Under the pieces are notes generated by a model. That model did not search any database and was not told the DNA's origin. It saw only the letters and a list, made by a program, of their open reading frames with translations. Position numbers and translations under genes: made by a program. From contig CAVPJD010000024.1 in NCBI GenBank assembly GCA_963705165.1, forward strand, positions 147,119 to 211,118: DNA of 64,000 nt, read 5' to 3'. How positions within the stretch are numbered: position 1 is the stretch's first letter; every line of letters begins with the position of its first letter. Positions 60,558 through 64,000 of the stretch are shown here, piece after piece. The DNA comes from an uncultured delta proteobacterium. Lineage in GTDB: Bacteria > Desulfobacterota > Syntrophia > Syntrophales > UBA2192.

Positions 60558-61235
60558 CTAGGCCTTCTTCGCCTTCGTCTTTCTTTTCCTTCCGTCCTGC
60601 CAGGTACGGACATCCCCCACATCGAGGTGGACGAATCCGCGCTTCGCATAGTACCCGACACCGCCGCAGCGCATCTCCTGCGCCGCATTGTTGAGGTACT
60701 TGATATGCAAATCGGGCATCCTCAGGTCGACGGCCATCCCGGACATGTGCAGGCTGTTGCGGGCAACCTTGCGGTTGCGTTTGCGCAGGGCCGCATTGGT
60801 CCTGGGCGTGCGGTACCCCGAGATGACGTGGAAGGGGTTGTCGCTTTCGATCTTCTGGTTGAGATTGTAGAGCAGGTCGAGCAGGTTGGGGTCGATTTCC
60901 TTGATCTGGTTGGCCCGGTAATCGCGCAGGAGGTGGTTGACCTCCGCGAGCGCCTCGGGGACGTATTCCCCATCGGCCCAGTAGACCCGGTTGAACGACT
61001 CGCCGGTGTTGGTGCTGTACAGATGAAGCCTTCTCTCCTCGCAAGGCTCGAGAATAAGGCCGGCACCTTCCCGCCAGCCCGGGGTGATCAACTCCGGTGC
61101 GGGGGCTTCTTCAAGAGATGCAATGACCTTGTGGGGCAGCGCCAGGAGAGCGGCGCCGAAGACGCCAATCTTGAGAAAGGATCTGCGGCTGAATGGTTGG
61201 CAAAGAAGATCGCTATGTTTTCTAAAGGAATGCAT
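60558..61235 (-). CDS. YcbK/DUF882 (peptidase M15, MepK-like) with Tat-like signal
   Basis: SRRSFLK; LLRDYR, ISGYRTP.TN, SLHMSGMAVD, GGVGYY, FVHLD. Confidence 0.92.
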   Translation of the reverse strand: MHSFRKHSDLLCQPFSRRSFLKIGVFGAALLALPHKVIASLEEAPAPELITPGWREGAGLILEPCEERRLHLYSTNTGESFNRVYWADGEYVPEALAEVNHLLRDYRANQIKEIDPNLLDLLYNLNQKIESDNPFHVISGYRTPRTNAALRKRNRKVARNSLHMSGMAVDLRMPDLHIKYLNNAAQEMRCGGVGYYAKRGFVHLDVGDVRTWQDGRKRKTKAKKA

Positions 61236-61342
61236 TCCCTCCTCCTTCACTTTTTCCTTAGAAAGCATGCGCCAATGACGCAAAAGTGCTGTTCTTTTAC
61301 CCCGGCCCGAAAAGAAAAATCAAGGAAAAAATTAATTTCCTA

Positions 61343-61357
61343 ACAATATCCGTGCCA
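61343..61357 (-). promoter_or_regulatory. possible sigma54 promoter of the DUF882 gene
   Basis: TGGCACG-GATA-TTGT on the minus strand (consensus TGGCACG-N4-TTGC). Confidence 0.4.
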
Positions 61358-61515
61358 TATCTCGTTTTGGTTACATGAAAAAGACCGGCAAATTTCCGGT
61401 CCTGTCTAAATTATCGACCCGAAGGGGTACCAACTTGAGCAAATCTTCACCTTCGAGACATCAACTTTCCTTTGAGGGGAAAATGCGTTAAGATTCAACA
61501 TTACGGAGAACACAA

Positions 61516-62382
61516 ATGACTACCTACCTCAAAGGCCAGGAACTCAAGGATGACATCATCCGATTCTGCAGGGAGCGAAACGCGGAGCTCGTAGGGTTTG
61601 CCCCCGTGGAGCGCTGGGACGAGTACGGCGAAGTACCGCCGGATTTTCGGCCCAGGGCGCTCTTCCCGCAGGCCCGCACCGTCATTGTCATGGGCATGTC
61701 CATGCCGCTGCCCGTCGTGGAGACAACCCCGTCGGCCCTGCACCAGGAACTCTACACGACGACGAACCGCCAGCTCGATGATCTGGCCGTGGAGCTAACG
61801 CGCTACCTCAACCGCATGGGGCACGCCTCGTTCCCCTTCACCCGCGACACCTACACCACCATGCGGGCCCTCAGGGAGAATAACCTCGCCGCCTTCGGCC
61901 ACGTCCCGGCGGCAAAGTACGCAGGCCTGGGCACAATCGGGATGAACCAGTGCATCCTCACGCCCGAGTTCGGGCCCCGTGTCCGTTTCGTTTCCGTTCT
62001 CACTGCCGCCGAGATCCCGCCCGACCCGATGCAGGCCAAGGAGCTCTGCATCAAATGTGAGCTCTGTGCCGAGTGCTGCCCCAAGAACGCCCTAAAGCCG
62101 CGGGAGGACCGTGTCGTCGGAGACTACGACAAGACAGCCTGCCTGGAGATGCACGAGGAGCTGGTGAAACGGCGCTCGTACCCCTGCGGCATCTGCACGA
62201 AGGTCTGCCCGATCGGGAAAGATCGCCAGCTCTACAAGAGCAAGGGGATCCGGAAGAAATACGGGAAGGAACGGGAAACCCTGGCGGCCAACCCCGATGC
62301 CCCCGAGTACAAATCGTGGACCCACATCCGCAAGTATGGGGTCCCCCTCAAACCCAGGGAAAAAGCGAAAGACAAGGAGTAG
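61516..62382 (+). CDS. epoxyqueuosine reductase/reductive dehalogenase-like Fe-S protein
   Basis: AAKYAGLGTIG, LTPEFGPRVRF, CIKCELC...CP, C...CGICTKVCP. Confidence 0.82.
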   Translation: MTTYLKGQELKDDIIRFCRERNAELVGFAPVERWDEYGEVPPDFRPRALFPQARTVIVMGMSMPLPVVETTPSALHQELYTTTNRQLDDLAVELTRYLNRMGHASFPFTRDTYTTMRALRENNLAAFGHVPAAKYAGLGTIGMNQCILTPEFGPRVRFVSVLTAAEIPPDPMQAKELCIKCELCAECCPKNALKPREDRVVGDYDKTACLEMHEELVKRRSYPCGICTKVCPIGKDRQLYKSKGIRKKYGKERETLAANPDAPEYKSWTHIRKYGVPLKPREKAKDKE

Positions 62383-62386
62383 CGCC

Positions 62387-63118
62387 ATGGAGCGGTTCGA
62401 GGCCTTCTGCGGGAATATCCAGAAGATGCTTGCCGAAGAGAAGACCGTATTCCGCAAAATCGAAAACGGACGCGCGCTGGTATCCGATCTCACGTCCCGG
62501 CAGGACTGGTTTTTCGATTATCTGAAAAAGATGATTCTCGAGCCTGGCCCCGCCGAAATCCAGAAGCCCGGCATCTGGTCCAACGAGTTCACGCTCTACC
62601 GCAGCCCCGACAAATCCTTCGTCGTGCTGGCCTACATCTGGGACGCGAAGCTCGCCGACATCGTACACGACCACGGCTCCTGGGGCATCATCGGAACGCT
62701 CCTCGCCAGGCTGGGGGAAAAAAAATTCGCCCGGCTCGATGACGGGAGGCAGGAAGGTTTTGCAGATATCCGTGAGACGGCGCGCGGTGTTTTCGGCCCC
62801 GGCGAGGCGACCTTCGTCCTGCCCCTCAACGAGGGGCTCCACGCCATGGACAATCCCACCGACGGGATCGCAGTGAGCATCAACGTCTATGGGAAAACCA
62901 TCGGCCGGGGCTACATCCAGTTTTTCGACCCGGAGAAAAAAACCGTCACCCGCGTCTTCCCTCCCAGGACCCTGAAGGAAGTCCTCGCCGTGAAGACCCT
63001 GGCGGCGATCGATCCGTCGCGGGCCGAAGGGGTGCTCCGGGAAGCGCTCGGCGCGTCACGGCCCCCGCAGCTCATGCAGGAATACGAGGCGGTCCTCGCC
63101 AAAATCAGGGGCAAGTGA
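62387..63118 (+). CDS. cysteine dioxygenase-like cupin
   Basis: VHDHGSWG, LHAM and SINVYG motifs. Confidence 0.78.
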   Translation: MERFEAFCGNIQKMLAEEKTVFRKIENGRALVSDLTSRQDWFFDYLKKMILEPGPAEIQKPGIWSNEFTLYRSPDKSFVVLAYIWDAKLADIVHDHGSWGIIGTLLARLGEKKFARLDDGRQEGFADIRETARGVFGPGEATFVLPLNEGLHAMDNPTDGIAVSINVYGKTIGRGYIQFFDPEKKTVTRVFPPRTLKEVLAVKTLAAIDPSRAEGVLREALGASRPPQLMQEYEAVLAKIRGK

Positions 63119-63123
63119 TCGGT

Positions 63124-63254
63124 TGTCATCCTTCGTCAAGCTCAGGATGACATGATCTTTCCTCATGGTGATCGATCATCGTGAGCCTGACGAACGACGA
63201 ACCATGACTCAATCGAAGATCGCCACGCCTCGCACGGCTTCGGCTCGCGATGAC
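63124..63254. repeat. cluster of REP-like palindromes
   Basis: tgtcatcct/aggatgaca and tcatggt/accatga stems with mutually complementary loops; gatcgccacg...ctcgcgatgac unit. Confidence 0.6.
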
Positions 63255-63277
63255 CGTCTTTTTTAGCCGATTCTTTC

Positions 63278-63316
63278 GACCGAATAGACCGGATAGACGG
63301 GACAGACTGAACAGAC
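63278..63316. repeat. 9-nt period array (GACnGnA(T/C)A)
   Basis: gaccgaata gaccggata gacgggaca gactgaaca gac. Confidence 0.7.
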
Positions 63317-63325
63317 CCGCTTTCG

Positions 63326-63763
63326 CTATTTAACCTTCTCGAAGTAGGAGTCCTTCACCCCGTCGAGAAGCTGGAAGCTCTTCACCTTCACGGCGAAGAC
63401 CTCCGTGTCGGGGTCTTGGGCAAACGGCTTGAGCTGAGGGTGTTTTTTCAGCAACTTCTGCCGGACGAGCTTCTTTTTGGCCTTTTCGCCGATGGTCTTG
63501 AAGACACCGCTCACCGTAAGGGCCTTGATCCGGGTGCGATCGGCCCCGCAGTCCTCCTCGCGGGTGTCGATGAGGAGGCTCACCGTCTTGTTGGCGGCGA
63601 GGTTGCGGTACTTCTTCGTCCCCTTCCGGGTCATCATGTAGATCTCGCGGCAGTCCCGGTCGGGCACGTAGGACATGAGCGAGCAGTGGGGAGCGTTGTC
63701 CATCACGGTTGCGAGCACGCAGACATCCTTGTCCTTCACGATCTTCTTCATCTTCTTCAGCAT
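63326..63763 (-). CDS. pyridoxamine 5'-phosphate oxidase family protein
   Basis: CVLAT, PHCSLM, T.KYRNL..N..VSLLID; ggagg RBS. Confidence 0.88.
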   Translation of the reverse strand: MLKKMKKIVKDKDVCVLATVMDNAPHCSLMSYVPDRDCREIYMMTRKGTKKYRNLAANKTVSLLIDTREEDCGADRTRIKALTVSGVFKTIGEKAKKKLVRQKLLKKHPQLKPFAQDPDTEVFAVKVKSFQLLDGVKDSYFEKVK

Positions 63764-63810
63764 GGGATTCCTCCTTCTTTCGGCAGTCCGGTTCACGGCC
63801 GCGGCGAGTG

Positions 63811-64000
63811 CTAGACGATTTTTGTCGGCTGCGTAGCCAGATCCTTCTCCTCGTAGAAAACGACCAGGAAGATCTCTCTCTCGGAGCGGTTCACGATGGC
63901 GTGGGGCAGGCCTGCCGGGATTTCGAAAAGCACCGGCTCCCCGCCGTCAACGAGGATTTTCTCCGCTTCCGGATCCCCTTCCGTTCCCGCAAGGAGCACA
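63811..64000 (-). CDS. C-terminal part of a cupin-like protein (start outside the window)
   Basis: IPAGLPHAIVN cupin motif 2. Confidence 0.65.
   Translation of the reverse strand, partial: VLLAGTEGDPEAEKILVDGGEPVLFEIPAGLPHAIVNRSEREIFLVVFYEEKDLATQPTKIV

Overview
GC-rich bacterial chromosomal window, most consistent with an anaerobic deltaproteobacterium (Desulfobacterota/Syntrophales-like; inferred from gene content). Housekeeping blocks: gatCAB-mtnA, tatA/tatC-PBP1A, an attenuator-controlled ilvBNCD operon, an Mla/Pqi-type ABC system, gap-nrdJ and cell-wall enzymes. The rest is redox and stress accessory genes. No rRNA, tRNA, CRISPR array, transposase or phage module was recognised. The main result is three UGA-readthrough genes that the ORF track splits or misses, each with a SECIS-like hairpin. 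(1) A secreted rhodanese with two selenocysteines (U-A-U) fused in frame to a hydroxylamine-oxidoreductase-fold octaheme cytochrome c (22036-23652). (2) A secreted HMA/MerP-like protein with a C-x-U motif (52912-53220). (3) A Sec peroxiredoxin (43045-43587). Also notable: a Val6 leader peptide, an IlvN with Asp at a known valine-resistance position, an IlvC with an acidic cofactor loop, a Bacillus-type sesquarterpene synthase, a collapsed 2-oxoacid:ferredoxin oxidoreductase relic, a candidate anti-Shine-Dalgarno sRNA, and many families of intergenic inverted short-period repeats. All calls are by eye; no database searches were run.
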